Shown here one piece after another: positions 37,621 to 51,799 of a DNA stretch of 64,000 bases. This DNA is from Octopus sinensis (Eukaryota), in the NCBI RefSeq assembly GCF_006345805.1, contig NC_043024.1, forward strand, positions 5,580,001-5,644,000, written 5' to 3'. The first letter of the stretch is position 1. Each line of letters starts with the position of its first letter. Both the position numbers and the translations under genes were made by a program. The notes under the pieces are model-generated. The model saw only the letters and a program-made list of their open reading frames with translations, was not told where the DNA came from and did no database searches.

Positions 37621-37874
37621 GCATCTGATTTGGCTCGTTGTTCTGCACGATAGCAGTTAGCCAGCGTTGCTTATCCTGTGTTGAGTCGCCGCGGCTGTCC
37701 CCCGAGGTCGAGGATGGGGATCTTTGTTTGTTTGTTTTTGGTTTTGTCTATTTTTTAGTATTTTTGATGGATCCTGAGGTGATTGATGAGTCCAATTCTT
37801 GCTCGCAAGCCCCTTCCACCAGTGGGACAGGTGATTCCGGATGGAAAGTTCCTTCTTGGTCTTGTGTTGAGCAA

Positions 37875-38095
37875 TACGAATAGGTGCTTAAAAGTTCCTG
37901 GACTTTCGGTAAAAGAAACTACAGGAGGATCAGTTAATTAGGATTTTATTCACCATACTCCTCTCTCAGATTCACACATTTATTGCAGCGGTCCTTCATT
38001 TTTTCTAAACCCCGTAAAAGAACTAAAAAAGCTGGGCCTCCAACCAGGCCTTTCAGGACACCCTTAAAGCCAGGACTTTTCAGCACCCCCTCATA
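37875..38095. mobile_element. Mariner-type MITE
   Basis: TIRs GGTGCTTAAAAGTTCCTGGACTTT / AAAGCCAGGACTTTTCAGCACC, with TA at both outer ends. Confidence 0.75.
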
Positions 38096-38109
38096 TTTGT
38101 AGAGATGAG

Positions 38110-38395
38110 TGAGGTTTATTCATAAGTTTCCTCTTTGCTTTTCTGTTTATGCCATAAGTTGTAATGAGCCATCGCGAAAAGCGACAGGAAACGCCTTCAT
38201 AATTCAGGTTTTGACTCCATTGAGAAGAATGCTCTCTGTGCACACCCTGAAGATGGCCAGCCTTGTTAAGATTGAAATGTTTGATTGCCAGATGCTTTGC
38301 AGCATGTTGGAAGCACTCGAGACTAGTCTCTTTCGCATCAAGACGTCTCTCTTACTGTATACAACAGAGAACCCAAAGTACTTAAAATCACACAC
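38110..38395 (-). mobile_element. Decayed RTE-type LINE fragment (post-RT region)
   Basis: DFKYFG...RKRLVSSASNMLQSIWQSN...RVCTESILLNG resembles FKYLGS...LLYGSETW. Confidence 0.6.
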
Positions 38396-38637
38396 ACACT
38401 CTTCATAGCATCTTATATGGCCTTACATGTGTGTATGTGTGTGTGTGTGAGTGTATACACGAGTGGACAAACGTAAGTGGCACTCAACACGTTTGGTAGG
38501 ACTTACATGTATCATTTATTTATTTGATAAGAGTTCGATTCAGCTCAATGCAACTCAAAGTATCGTAGGCTCGTCGAACGAGTCTGACTCGTCAGGCACA
38601 TAAAGCCGTATGTATATATGTGTGTGTGTCTGTCTTT

Positions 38638-38690
<53 letters not shown>

Positions 38691-39809
38691 GAATGAGCAC
38701 AAATGGGTTAAGTTTCGCTATACAGCTGTTTCAGACGTGTTTTTTATTGCTGAATATACTAATTACATCAATCAAAAAGAAAAACGTTTTCTTCGGATGT
38801 TCCGGTGAACTAAAAGCTTCGAGAGTAATTTTCTCACTTGATGTCACAATAAGAGAGTCAACATATGTTCCGCATCTCGGTATTCTCCAACCCAAATCTT
38901 TAATTCTAAAATTTTAAGCTTTTAATTCACCTGAAAAAAGACGGTCTTTTCCATAATGTATTTGGTTTATTCATCAATAAAAGTATGTCTGAGACAGCTG
39001 CAGTTAACCTTAACCCGTTTAGGTTCTTTCTTTATGTAAATACCACACTTAGAACCTTCCCTGGAGTTCCCAGTGTGTATGTAAGTGTTGAGACATGTCT
39101 GCATATACATGGGTGTATGCCTGAGTAATATACATGGCTGCGGTAATCTCAACCCATAAATTGATGTCCTTGTTTTTAAAACATCTTAATTCAAATGAAT
39201 CTTACATACACTTGCTATATGTATGGCCAGATGGTTAGAGCGAGGCATTGCACTAACGATCGTGAGATGTGGTTTCAATTCTTGAACTGGATGCTGCGTT
39301 ATGTTCTTGAGCAAAATATTTCACCCTACGTTGTTCTGAGATTATTCTTCTCGTTTTTTCTCTCCAGGGTCCTCGTTTTTAAATACATCTTACTTATGAG
39401 CTGAGTCTAAAGGATTGCTTGGAGATACATAGCATGTTATATAAATCTGCCAAATGTAATGTATCTTAAAAGCATGAAACTAGTTGTAGGTCTTTCGTAA
39501 ATGTGTATATTAAATCATACATACACACACACACACATATGTATGAATGTATGTATGTATGTATGTATGTATTCATGTATGTATGTATGTATGTATGTAT
39601 GACTAGACATGTATGTATGGATGTACGCATGGACATACATGTATGCATATATTCTCAATGAGTTGTGCGCTGTCGTTGGAACAATTCAACAAGATAGCTT
39701 TCCTTTTCATGGATGGTTACGTACTCACTCATTAATATTTACTCATTAGCATTCCAAGTACACCTAGGTACTCCTTATGAGACCCGCTGATTATGTGTGT
39801 ATATATATA

Positions 39810-39879
<70 letters not shown>

Positions 39880-39881
<2 letters not shown>

Positions 39882-39964
39882 TAGCATTAAAGACCCGTCG
39901 TTGCCGGGTCATAGTGCTAGTGCATGTATATATGTGTATTATATGTGTACATATTACATGTACA

Positions 39965-40013
<49 letters not shown>

Positions 40014-40746
40014 TCTACACATAAAATACAAAATACAAAGTTATATCTTGATATCGCTAGTGATGTATATATGTGTATATATATATGTGCACATATTACA
40101 TGTACATCTATATATATACATCTACACATAAAATGCAAAATACAAAGTTATATCTTGATATCGCTACTGATAACAATACTCAAAATATATAACAGACTGG
40201 AATTGTTAGCTCTTCTTTTTTCTCTACATTGTATACTTTATAGACAATAGTCTTTTCTTTAATTTAATTTTTTATTATCCACCTGGACTATTCCATTTCT
40301 GCACACTAATTTTATTTTTAATTTATTCCCATTCATGTGAAACCACTTATTCAAGTTCAAGTCATTGATGCAATTTTATACCAATTTTTACTTTTGTTAT
40401 GTTACGATTATATTATACTTTAGTTTGATTTTAATTATTACTTACTACATATAATTCGATTGTTATTATTATTTTTATTGTTAAAGTGAAAGTATCTGAC
40501 ATAAAATAGAGAAATGTTTTTGTTTCACTTTTAACACGTAATACTGAAATAGTGGAAAAGATATGATATTACTATGGGCTCGCTCTAGGCAAGAAGTTGA
40601 ACATTTTTTTGCCCATGAAACTACATGGACCCTAAGTAAGGCATGTGTAAAATTTGAATGAAATTGGTTGTGTAGTTCTCAAGTTTTTTGGAAACACACA
40701 GACAGACAGACACACACACACACACATTCTCAGTTTTATATATAGA
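39880..40746 (+). mobile_element. Non-autonomous Helitron/Helentron-like (HINE/DINE-1-like) element
   Basis: ACTAG then a GACCCG...CGGGTC hairpin at one end. At the other, AAATTTGAATGAAATTGG...(GACA)n(CA)n...CAGTTTTATATATAG. Internal tandem duplication; set in a TA tract. Confidence 0.65.
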
Positions 40747-40802
40747 GAGATATATATACTCACACACACACACACACGTTTGTACTTTCGTCTCTGTTGC
40801 AG

Positions 40803-40927
40803 GGCAGGAAATATAACCCACGTCACAGTCATGTTCGGCTCCGAACACAAATATTATATGTTGCACAGATACATTGCAAAGTCCTTTTTTGCTCACTCAG
40901 GGTACGAAAAGAATGACGTCACAGTCC
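40803..40927 (+). CDS. S1 serine protease exon (pre-Asp102 region)
   Basis: TCTCTGTTGCAG|...|GTAAGT; encodes AGNITHVTVMFGSEHKYYMLHRYIAKSFFAHSGYEKNDVTV; phase fits the next exon (C|TC = Leu). Confidence 0.8.
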
Positions 40928-41182
40928 GTAAGTATTGAAACCTTGTTATTGCATATTGGGAAACGCGAGCGCAGGTTGGGACGTATAGTTGATGCGTGGT
41001 TAACAAGTCAACAAATGCCCTTAATAGATGGTTAACTAGTTACGAGATCGATCCCACTGTGAGGTGAATTGGACAATTGAGTACGATGTTGTCGTTGTTC
41101 AGTAACTGGAAGATTACCGCTGCACTATTTCCATGAAAATGATCGATCAGAAAGCATGTGCGGGACGCTGCGTATATATCAA

Positions 41183-42357
41183 TATCTATAAAGCTGAAAT
41201 GCAAAAAAAATTGTTTGTCTCATTTTACGATTGGAACGGGTTAAAGGGCACTAGATGGGGTCGGATTGGCTCCAAAATTTAAAAGGACATGTAAAAAGAG
41301 GCGAGGAAGCGACTGAACTAGGTTAGAAACCCCTATCTCAGAAGCTGTGGTTACTAGGACAACAAAACCCAGACTTTGACAAGTGTTTGTCGTTTCTCCC
41401 TTTCAGATATCACCCTGCCTTCCTTGATCTCTCTCTTTCCTTCCTTCCCTCCACTTTCTCTCTATAACGACGCTTGACAGCTTCTCTCTGTCACTCTTTC
41501 TTCCACCACCTCTCTCACTGTACGTTTGTCTGTATCTATAGAGAGAAAGCGTTGACAGCCGCAAAGTTTAAATATTCCCGCCTCAGGTGTTTTAGAACGG
41601 TGAAATATTACGTTGATACAAATTGGATTTTTATGTGAAAAGGGATCTAAATGGGGCTGGAAGGGGATTAAAATCTACAGGAGTGGGTGTTTAGGAATTC
41701 TCTGTTACATCAAGTTAAAAAATTTGTGCCAGCCTTTAAATCGTCAATGTGTTACCGTCCGTCATAAATAAGTTTTGAATGCCTGCCATGGTGAGTCTAC
41801 TGCCGTGAGAAAGAATCACTTAAAAACTTGGTGTTTTGGAATTTTCCTTTACATCAAGTTCAAAATTTTGCGCCAACCGTTAAACTGCCAGTACGTTGCT
41901 GTCCGTCGTTAAAAAGTTTTGAATGCCAGCCATGGTGAGTCTACTATCCTCAGGTTATATCCCTTCAAACTTTGGTTTCCAATACTTTTTTATTTTTATT
42001 CCGCTCGCAAGTTCGTCTGTCCCTTTTAAATGTTAGTGTTTTGCAGTCCATCTTAAAGCAGACCTTTCCGTTGTCACTGCCTGATGTTTATGATTGATTT
42101 TTCAAACTACTTTCTTTCTCAACTTACTCAAGATCTGTTGTTCTTTATAAATGGGAGAGAGATAGATAGAGAAAGATAGAGAGTAAGAGGAAGCGAGGGA
42201 GAGTCCGAGAAAAAAGAAGAGTAAGAGAGTGGGAAAGTGAGAGAGAAAGGAGAGAGAAACTAAGAGGGAGAATGTGGCGATAAGAAACAGAAAGGGAGCA
42301 ACAGAAAGTAACAACCACACCCTCACCCGCGCGTAGTGCGGGTCACCTTAACCTAGT
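41183..42357 (-). mobile_element. Non-autonomous Helitron/HINE-like element, opposite orientation
   Basis: Ends ACCCGC-GCGTAGT-GCGGGT hairpin then CTAGT (42353-42357); starts ATCTATAAAGCTGAAATG; ~125-bp internal duplication at 41700-41945. Confidence 0.7.
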
Positions 42358-42944
42358 CTATATATATATATATATAAATCTGAAATGTAGTATATATATA
42401 TATCCATCACGATTGGTCTTACCAATCGGTTTCCCGCGAGGAATACAATGGAATGCCAGGTAACAATCCGAAAATATTAATTTACGGTCAATAGAGTTAG
42501 CCGATATGGAAGGAAATATGGTGACATATATGTTTGTATATGTGTGTATTTTGTGTGTGTATGTATTCTATCTTTTACCTGTTTCAGTCAGTAGACTGTG
42601 GCCATGCTGCATCATCGCTTTGAACAATTTTTTTATTGTTCCAATAAACCGACGACACCTGTACTTATTTCTTGTTAAGCCTGTTACTCATTGTATCGCA
42701 TCTCTTTTGACAAAATGCTAAGTTACAAGCACGAAAACACATCAACACAGACAAAAAGATCCACACATAGATACGTATATATATATACGATGGGATTCTT
42801 TCAGTTTCCGTCTTCCAAATCCATTCACAAGGCTTTGGTTGGCCTGAGGCTATAGTAGAAGACATTCGCCCAAGGTGCCACTTAGTGGGACTGAACCTGA
42901 AACCGTGTGGTTGGGAAGCAAACTGTTACCACACAGCCACGCCT

Positions 42945-43040
<96 letters not shown>

Positions 43041-43621
43041 TGTATGTATGTATGCATATATATATGTACATATGTATATATATGTATATATATCTATATT
43101 ATATGTATAGATATATGTGTATGTATATATGTGTATATTTATGTGTGTATATATATATGTATGTATATAGATGTATATATATGTATTTGTATAGATGTAT
43201 ATGTATAGATGTATATATGTAGATTTATATGTATACATATATATAATATATATATGTATGTATATATGTATGTATATCTATATATATATCTATATATATA
43301 TATATGTATATATGTATATATATGTATATATATTTGTGCGTGTGTGTTTGTGTGTGTGTCTGTGTCTGCGTTTGTACCCCCATCCGCTGTTGACAACCGC
43401 TGTTGCTGTGTTTATGTCCCCGTAACTTAGCCGTTTGGAAAAAGAAACCGTTAGAATAAGTTCTAGGTTTATAAAGAATAAATCCTGGGGTCAGTTTCTT
43501 AAACTAAAGACGCTGCTCCAGCATGGCTGCAGTCACATCACCGAATCAAGTAAAACAATAAAAAAATATGCTATTTTAATCTTGAGCAACACCTGGTATC
43601 TCTGCCAATGTGTGTGTATAA

Positions 43622-43716
<95 letters not shown>

Positions 43717-44479
43717 AAGAAAAATTAAATTATACCATTTAGAAAAAATTACATCTTAGAGAAAAATTAAATATAAGATAAAAACATATACTAATGATTA
43801 AGTAATGTGAAAAAGAATAAGTAAAACGTATATATCTGGTAGAATAACTACACATGCTTCGTGCCTATATTTAAGAAATGATAACAGTAAAATCAGTTCA
43901 ATATAAATATAGTCACTCGTCAGGTTAAAGATAAAAACAATCAAATAATTAAATAAATTAATAAATATACGTATATAATCTTGTAAAATACGAAATATCT
44001 TAACAAATATATTCTTATACAAATAAAAATAGAATAAAGAGGTATAAATATTTCTTATATCTATAAAAATAAAATTTTAACATATATAAGAAACGAATAA
44101 TAAACTATAAAATATCATTACTAGAAAATAAAATACAATTAATTAAATCATTTAAAACAAATATATTTTTTCCGACCAGTCCATCAGATGTAGTTATACA
44201 TCGCTGGTCACAATGCGTTCGCATTGTTTTAGCCTTCGAATGACGCCAACCTGCTGGCTAAGCGAGCAGGCCAACAGAAGAAAGAGTGGGAGAAAGAGTA
44301 CAGCAGGGATCATTGTTGAATTGATAAAAGGTGTTTTTTTCTAATTTATATATATATATATGCTTGTATACATGTGAGGTAATAGTTTCAGCATTAATAG
44401 TTTCACTATGTATATATTATATACATAGTGAAAGTATTAATAGTTACACTACCAAAACTAAAGGTATTATCTTACATTA

Positions 44480-44708
44480 CAATAGAGGTGTTATTGTTTC
44501 ACTTTTGACACGAAATACTGAAATAGTCTAAAAGATAACAGATTGCCCTGTACTCGCATTAGACAAGAAGTTGGCCAGTGATACTGTATGGACCCTAAGT
44601 AAGGCATGTGTAAAATTTGAATGAAATCGGTTCGGTAGTTCTCGAGTTTTAGTGATGCACACATACAGACATACAGACAGACACACATTCTAAGTTTTTT
44701 ATATATAT
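44480..44708 (+). mobile_element. HINE-like end fragment
   Basis: Near-identical to 40520-40746. Confidence 0.65.
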
Positions 44709-44710
44709 AT

Positions 44711-45224
44711 GTGAAATCCGGCTTTGTGAAGCTTCCGGTGTACAGTTTTTGTGAAAAATGGGTTTTTCGAGGTGATCATTAAGCTCTGCAGTAATTTTGG
44801 GAGCTGTACTTTTGTGATCTTTTCTAATAATTCGCGTAAGAGTCCGACGGTCCCTATCTGAAAGTTTTGGTTTTCTTCCGGAGTTTTGTTTCAACGAGGT
44901 TTTTCCCTCTTTCTCAAAGTCTGTCATTACTTTCGAGACAGTACTTCTTGATACACCAAATATTTCGACTGCATTCGTTACGCTAGCGCCTGCCATATGA
45001 GCACCAACAATTTGACCTCTTTGAAAGCCGGTAGATCCGGCATTTTAATGAATTATAATTACCTTTTTCTGATGGTATCTGAAAAGAAACAGCAATTTTA
45101 GCAAAACATATTAAGCAACACTAACAAGGAATCAAAAAACAAAAATAAACAAGCTTTTGATGGTTTTATAGATATTTCAAAATTATGATACTTGGTGTTT
45201 CCATTATTTTGTCCATTCCATGTA
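44711..45224 (-). mobile_element. Tc1-like transposon 5' portion (TIR + DNA-binding domain)
   Basis: TACATGGAATGGACAAAATAATGGAAACACC end; MAGASVT...FGVSRSTVSKVM...GRKPKLSDRDRRTLTRII helix-turn-helix region. Confidence 0.85.
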
Positions 45225-45225
45225 T

Positions 45226-45282
<57 letters not shown>

Positions 45283-45335
45283 CGGATGGACGGACAGACA
45301 GACAGACAGACAGACAAGCAGACAGACAGACAGAC

Positions 45336-45408
<73 letters not shown>

Positions 45409-46010
45409 TAAAATACAGTGTACATTAAAACACATTAAGAGGCTTCCATCATAGGAATCCTTTACACTAGAAAGAGCAGTTAAAATCCAAACCACTAATC
45501 AGGGATAAATTCTCGAAGGGAATGAAAACTAAAAACATTTACCATCTAATTCCTGGACCATGGTTTCTGACTTATTTTAGTAAATAAAAAATTATTATTT
45601 ACCAGGCGAAGTTTTAATGTACACTATTTTATATGAATAATATATAGTCTATTGACTAATTTTTCTATACGCTAGGCCACTGGTAGTAGAAATTTCTAAA
45701 ATCTTTATTACCCCGAGGCAGAATGAGATACATTTATCAATAGGCTGAAACAGCTGTAAGATCCATTTTATGTGTATTATTCTTATGGTATTATTATCTT
45801 ACATATTGATGTATATTGTTTTGTTTTGTTGGATTTAGGTGTTCCTATTTATGTAGTTAATAAATAATATGAATTGGTAATATCTGTAAGTTGATGATTG
45901 AAATGAATCTGTTCCTCCATTTTCTTATTTGTATTATGTATGTATATATATATATAAATTATTCCTGTCGCGTAATGCTTTCAGATTCTTCTTTTTTTAC
46001 GTTCTTTTAG

Positions 46011-46142
46011 TCAACGACATTGCCGTCATTAAACTTGGCAAGAAAATTCCACGGGAGGCGTGTCTGGAACCAATTCAACTCGCTGTGGAAGGAGACGAAT
46101 TCGAAGAGAACTGCATAATCGCTGGTTGGGGTAAAACATCAT
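46011..46142 (+). CDS. S1 serine protease exon with catalytic Asp (NDIA) and GWG
   Basis: TTCTTTTAG|...|GTAGGT; encodes LNDIAVIKLGKKIPREACLEPIQLAVEGDEFEENCIIAGWGKTS. An alternative same-phase donor at 46131 is possible. Confidence 0.9.
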
Positions 46143-46600
46143 GTAGGTTGACATTCCTAAAGAATAAATTTAGAAGTTGATCCCTCCATTCCACATCATT
46201 AATACCTCCCCAATATTCTCTTTTCTTTTGATCCATTCACTTCCATTTTCTTTGTCGTTAACCCAACACATTTAAATTGATTAACTATGTATATTGATTA
46301 TGTTGTTAAACATCTTTGAAACAGCTGTAGAAGATAGTTCAGCCGTGAATCTCATATAAAATTTGTCCTTTTTTTGCTGTTGTTTACTATGATATATAAG
46401 TAGGGCAGCGAGCTAGCAGAATCGTTAGCACACCGGACAAAATGCTTTGCGGTATTTCGTCCGTCCTTACGTTTTGAAGTTCCTCCGAGATTGACATTGC
46501 CTTTCATATTTTGGGTTCGATTGAACAAGTACTGGTTGACCATTAGTGTAGATGTAATCGACTTACCACTCCCTTCAAAAGCTGCTGGCCCTGTGCCAAA

Positions 46601-46645
<45 letters not shown>

Positions 46646-46827
46646 CATTATTATTATATTCGTCCGACTTCACGATCTGAGTTCAAATTCCACCGAGGTC
46701 GACTTTACCTTTCACTCTTTCAAAGTTGATAATATAAGTACCAGTTGCGTATTTGAGTATTGGGGTCGATGTTTTCGACTATACCCCTCCCCTAAATTTC
46801 AGGCCTTGTGCATTTAGTAGAAAGTAC

Positions 46828-46869
<42 letters not shown>

Positions 46870-46882
46870 TATTATTATTATT

Positions 46883-47401
46883 GAGTGAGAGAGCAGTGCA
46901 TGCCATCAAAGTGACACTGGGGTAAAATATACGAAGCCCAATATACCCATCATGACTACCCGTCTGATAAGAGTACACCAGGCACATGCATCACAACCAT
47001 ATGTGCGCGACATGGTGATCTTATTTCAAGATAGACAGCGCATGACCTTGCAGGTGGGGCCCAGTTAGAATTTTCTTCAGGTCGAGTAGCCCATCCCACT
47101 CAAAAGGTCCCTGAATGAGGCTTGTTTAAGGATGTTGAATGAAACACCATGTTTCCAGAGGTGATTATCCAAACCTCAAAGATCCCTCTCAACACATGGC
47201 TATGATGCTCCCCACTACTCCTTCTGCTCATGATCAGAGATGCACATATCGTCAGCCACTAAGAGACATGCTCAACTGGTTAAAGTCAACAACTGACAAG
47301 CAAATCTGTGGTGTTGAGCAGAATATTTGCTGTAGCCCATCTTTTATACCAAGACTAAACAATGTACATGATAACACTTCCAATCAGTTAAGATCAGAAG
47401 C

Positions 47402-47403
<2 letters not shown>
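46883..47403 (+). mobile_element. Unclassified non-coding interspersed repeat family C, associated with (AAT)n
   Basis: Near-identical copies at 55943-56345 (-) and 59400-60058 (+, interrupted by a SINE). Confidence 0.7.
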
Positions 47404-47437
<34 letters not shown>

Positions 47438-48115
47438 GAAGGCGAGTTGGCCGAGCAAAATGCTGCTAAGCATTTTGTCTGTCTTTACGTTCTGAATTCA
47501 ACTTATTTTGCGGCGGCAGGCTTAGCCTTTCATCCTTTCAGGGTGATAAAATAAGGACCAGCTGAGTGCTGGGATCGATGGAAGCGAATTGCTCCTCCCC
47601 AAATTCCAGACTTTGTTCACAAAGCAGAAAGGATTATTTATTTATTTATTTATTTTTTAATTTTTTAATTATTTATTATTTATTTTTTATTATTTATTAT
47701 TCATTATTTATTTTTTATTTATTATTTATTTATTATTTATATTTATTATTTATTATTATTTATTATTCATTTATTATTTATTTTTTATTTTTTATTTATT
47801 ATTTATTTTTTATTATTTATTTTTTATTTATTATTTATATTTATTATTTATTATGTATTTATTTAGTCGTTCATTTATTTATTTATTTATTTATTCATTC
47901 ATGTTATGATTTTATTTGCTTCATTTTTGCTTTTCAATGTTTATCTTCATATACATACACACATAAACACATACATATAAACATACATACAAACATACAT
48001 ACATACGTACGTACATACGCCCACATACGCACATGCAAACGCATAAAAATCACACACACATAAATACACGCACGCACAAACGTATGTTTACTGACACATT
48101 CTGCTCGTATTTTAG

Positions 48116-48258
48116 GGGAGTCTTCACCAACAATTGTCCTATTAAAGGGTGAGGTACCCATAATACCGAAGAAAGTGTGCTCAACCATAGCCAACGGCCT
48201 CCAGGATCAGCATATATGTGCTGGTAACCAACTACGTAATGGAACTACAACTTGCAAG
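48116..48258 (+). CDS. S1 serine protease exon (C168-C191 region)
   Basis: TATTTTAG|...|GTAAGG; encodes ESSPTIVLLKGEVPIIPKKVCSTIANGLQDQHICAGNQLRNGTTTCK; phase 1 to phase 0. Confidence 0.9.
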
Positions 48259-48474
48259 GTAAGGAATATCTTTTGTTTTATTCTGCGGAACATGGGCCAA
48301 CTTTCTCGTTTCCACACATACATGCATCTTATATGCCAACAAAAATAGTATATATATATATACACAGGGGCATCATGTGAACCCGTTATTATTTCCTTTA
48401 GCATATATCTGTGACAGTGAATTATATTTTCTCCCCTCCTTGTTCTAATCCGTTTTTTACTGTCTGTTCCTTAA

Positions 48475-48647
48475 CATACATACATACATACATACATACA
48501 TTCATACATACATACATACATACATTCATACATACATACATACATACATACATACATACATACATACTTACATACTTACATACATACATACATACATACA
48601 TACATTCATACATACATACATACATACATTCATACATACTTACATAC

Positions 48648-48678
<31 letters not shown>

Positions 48679-48723
48679 CATTCATACATACATACATACA
48701 TACATTCATACATACTTACATAC

Positions 48724-48754
<31 letters not shown>

Positions 48755-48943
48755 CATACATACATACATACAAACATACATACATACATACATACATACA
48801 TACATACATACATACATACATACATTCATACATACATACATACATACATACATACATACATTCATACATACTTACATACTTACATACATACATACATACA
48901 TACATACATTCATACATACATACATACATACATTCATACATAC

Positions 48944-48974
<31 letters not shown>

Positions 48975-49587
48975 CATACATACATACATACATACATACA
49001 TACATACATACATACATTCATACATACATACATACATACATACATACATACATACATTCATACATACTTACATACTTACATACATACATACATACATACA
49101 TACATTCATACATACATACATACATACATACATACATACAAACATACATACATACATACATACATACATACATTCATACATACATACATACATACATACA
49201 TACATACATACATACATACATTCATACATACTTACTACTTACATACATACATACATACATACATTCATACATACACATACATACATACATACAACATACA
49301 TACATACATACATACATACATTCATACATACATATACATACATACATACATACATACATACTACATTCATACATACTTACATACTTACATACATACATTC
49401 ATACATACTTACATACTTACATACATACTACATACATACATACATACATACATACATACATACATACATACATACATTCATACATACATACATACATACA
49501 TACAAACATACATACATACATACATACATTCATACATACTTACATACATACATACATACATACATACATTCATACATACTTACATAC

Positions 49588-49648
<61 letters not shown>

Positions 49649-49743
49649 TACATACATACATACATACATACATACATACATACATACATACATACATACA
49701 TACATACATACATACATACATACATACATACATACATACATAC
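48475..49743. repeat. ~1.27-kb (TACA)n microsatellite
   Basis: Directly visible; source of the spurious 488-aa ORF. Confidence 0.95.
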
Positions 49744-49749
49744 AGAACT

Positions 49750-51055
49750 CTCTGCATTCAATAATACAGTGGCCCACAATGTGTTTGCAGTGCCAGTACT
49801 CATACCAACATTTGGGCTGCTTGATTGGACGCTTGATGAGATCAGAGCCATTAATGTGCAAACCTGAAAAATACTAACAAGCACACATAATATTCACATA
49901 AACAGTGACGTAGACCGCCTCTACTTAAAACGAAAACAAGGCGGCAGAGGCTTAACGTCGATCCAAAATGCCTTTGAATGTCGTATCCCTTCGGCAACAT
50001 CTCTTAACTACCAAGTCTCGAAGTGCATCCCTTGACCAAGTTCGAATACATGAGGCTGATAACACCATAAGACTTGGAAGGCAATTCCTTGAACACTCTT
50101 TGTCTGATAGCCTAGAATACATGACCAAAGAAGTCGTGCGGCTCTACCGCAACGTATCATCAGTGCTTGTTAGTATCTTGTGTGCTTGTTAGTATTAAGA
50201 TGAGCCTATATGAGCAGAAGACTATGCATGGATATGTTAACAGAAAGCTCTATGATGAAAGTAATATCGATCATCAAAGCAGTTTATCATGGATGATTAG
50301 CCAGATTATGAACTCCCACTATGAAGGGCATGCATTTGCAATCCAGGAACAGGAAATATCAACCAAGTACGTGATGCACAAAACGGATAAAGATGTGGGA
50401 AAGGCCATAATATGTGACAACCGATGCAGACTTTGAGGTGTTCACACTGAACATATCACCCACATCATGAGCAGCTGTTCGAAAGTGTTACCACGGTATT
50501 ATCTACCGATGAGACATGATGTTGTAGCTAGGACACTCTATAATGAAATCTGTCGGAAGGATAATCCCGAGGTCAAAGAAATAAAAACCCACAATATAGT
50601 AGAAGCCATAGCCGCTCATAATGAAAAAAAATACTGGTGGAATGTACCAGTGAAGACCTCAATAAAATGTAAGCACATCAGACATGATATAATGATTTGT
50701 GATAGCGAAGAGAAACCGTGTAAAGTTGTAGAAATCATCTGCCCAGCGAATGTTAACATAAAGCTGAAGGTCAGTGGAAAAGAGAACACTATGCTGAACT
50801 ATTGAGAAATCTGCAGTTACTCTATCCAGATTACAAGTTCAGGTTTATCTCTGTAATTATTGGGACCCTGAGATATGTAACACACTGGTTAAATACCAAT
50901 CTTGAGAAATTAGGCTTCTCAAAGGCAGAAAGGAGAAAGCGTATTCGAAGACTACAGATCCAATCCATCACTGAAATTAAAAATCTGTTAAACTTTCCAG
51001 AAGTTTATCATTTTAATATATATGAGCATGTCTAGATATGTAACTATGCATGAGA
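49750..51055 (+). mobile_element. 5'-truncated R4/Dong-like element in (TACA)n, within the protease intron
   Basis: DVDRLYLKRKQGGRGL, IQEQEISTKY, HITHIMSSC...RHDVVA and RHDIMICD...VEIICP; (TACA)n on both sides. Confidence 0.8.
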
Positions 51056-51059
51056 ATAC

Positions 51060-51090
<31 letters not shown>

Positions 51091-51799
51091 CATACATACA
51101 TACATACATACATACATACATACATACATACATACATACATACATACATACATACATACATGGTGGCTGTCAACTCGTAGGCGAGTTTGACCATCACTGA
51201 CAAATTATCTTATGCTAGATGTTAAAAATAATGGCTGTAAGCAAAATTCGTGCCGAAATGCGCCGTCAATAACAGCTTGTGCAACACCACTAAGACTGTC
51301 AACTACGAAAGAAACAACCAAGAACAAAATCTATGAATTCACAATGAAGAAAGAAGAGATTTATTTCGGAATCTCCTTTTCCTAGAGAGAGAGATATCTA
51401 AGCAAAACTAGGGAGCTCTCACTCTCAGTTGTTCAATAACCAGTGACTATACTGAATTCATCCATCCTTTGACAGGTTTTGCATTTCGTTGTACGAACAC
51501 CCAACGAAAATCAGCCTCCTTACCGAGCAGACGTTGTAGCTTGCTAGTTTAGATGCCGAAGGCCTGACCATGTGACGGGTTGTACCAGGTTATATGTTGC
51601 CAGTTGTACTAAGAAGAATCTGATACGTACATACTCCTCAAATGTTATTTTATCAAAACAAATCTTATCTTGATTATCACGTTAATCTTACCAACTGTTA
51701 TTTAATTCTCTCTGATCTATCATCTTAATTTGTCATTGCTTTTACTAAAAGGATTACATTATCTAACCCGATCTTCTCTGATCTTTTCTTCTCTTCAAG

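Noticed and set aside
41100-41175. WKITAAL and CGTL resembling the protease His-region motifs
   Set aside because: Wrong order, downstream of the next exon, no His-Cys, adjacent stops.
45700-45765. GAAACAGCTGTA half-hammerhead (also ~46318-46329, ~38721-38732 minus, ~53634-53646 minus)
   Set aside because: Palindromic helix III half is present, but the CUGANGA half and stems are lost; possible pLTR fossils, not supportable as ribozymes.
48411-49877. 488-aa ORF and similar [12 protein letters not shown]/poly-E/S/L/F ORFs (22235-22836, 28194-29151, 29657-30305, 42850-43430, 55564-56098, 56345-56967)
   Set aside because: Translations of stop-free microsatellites; no coding signal.
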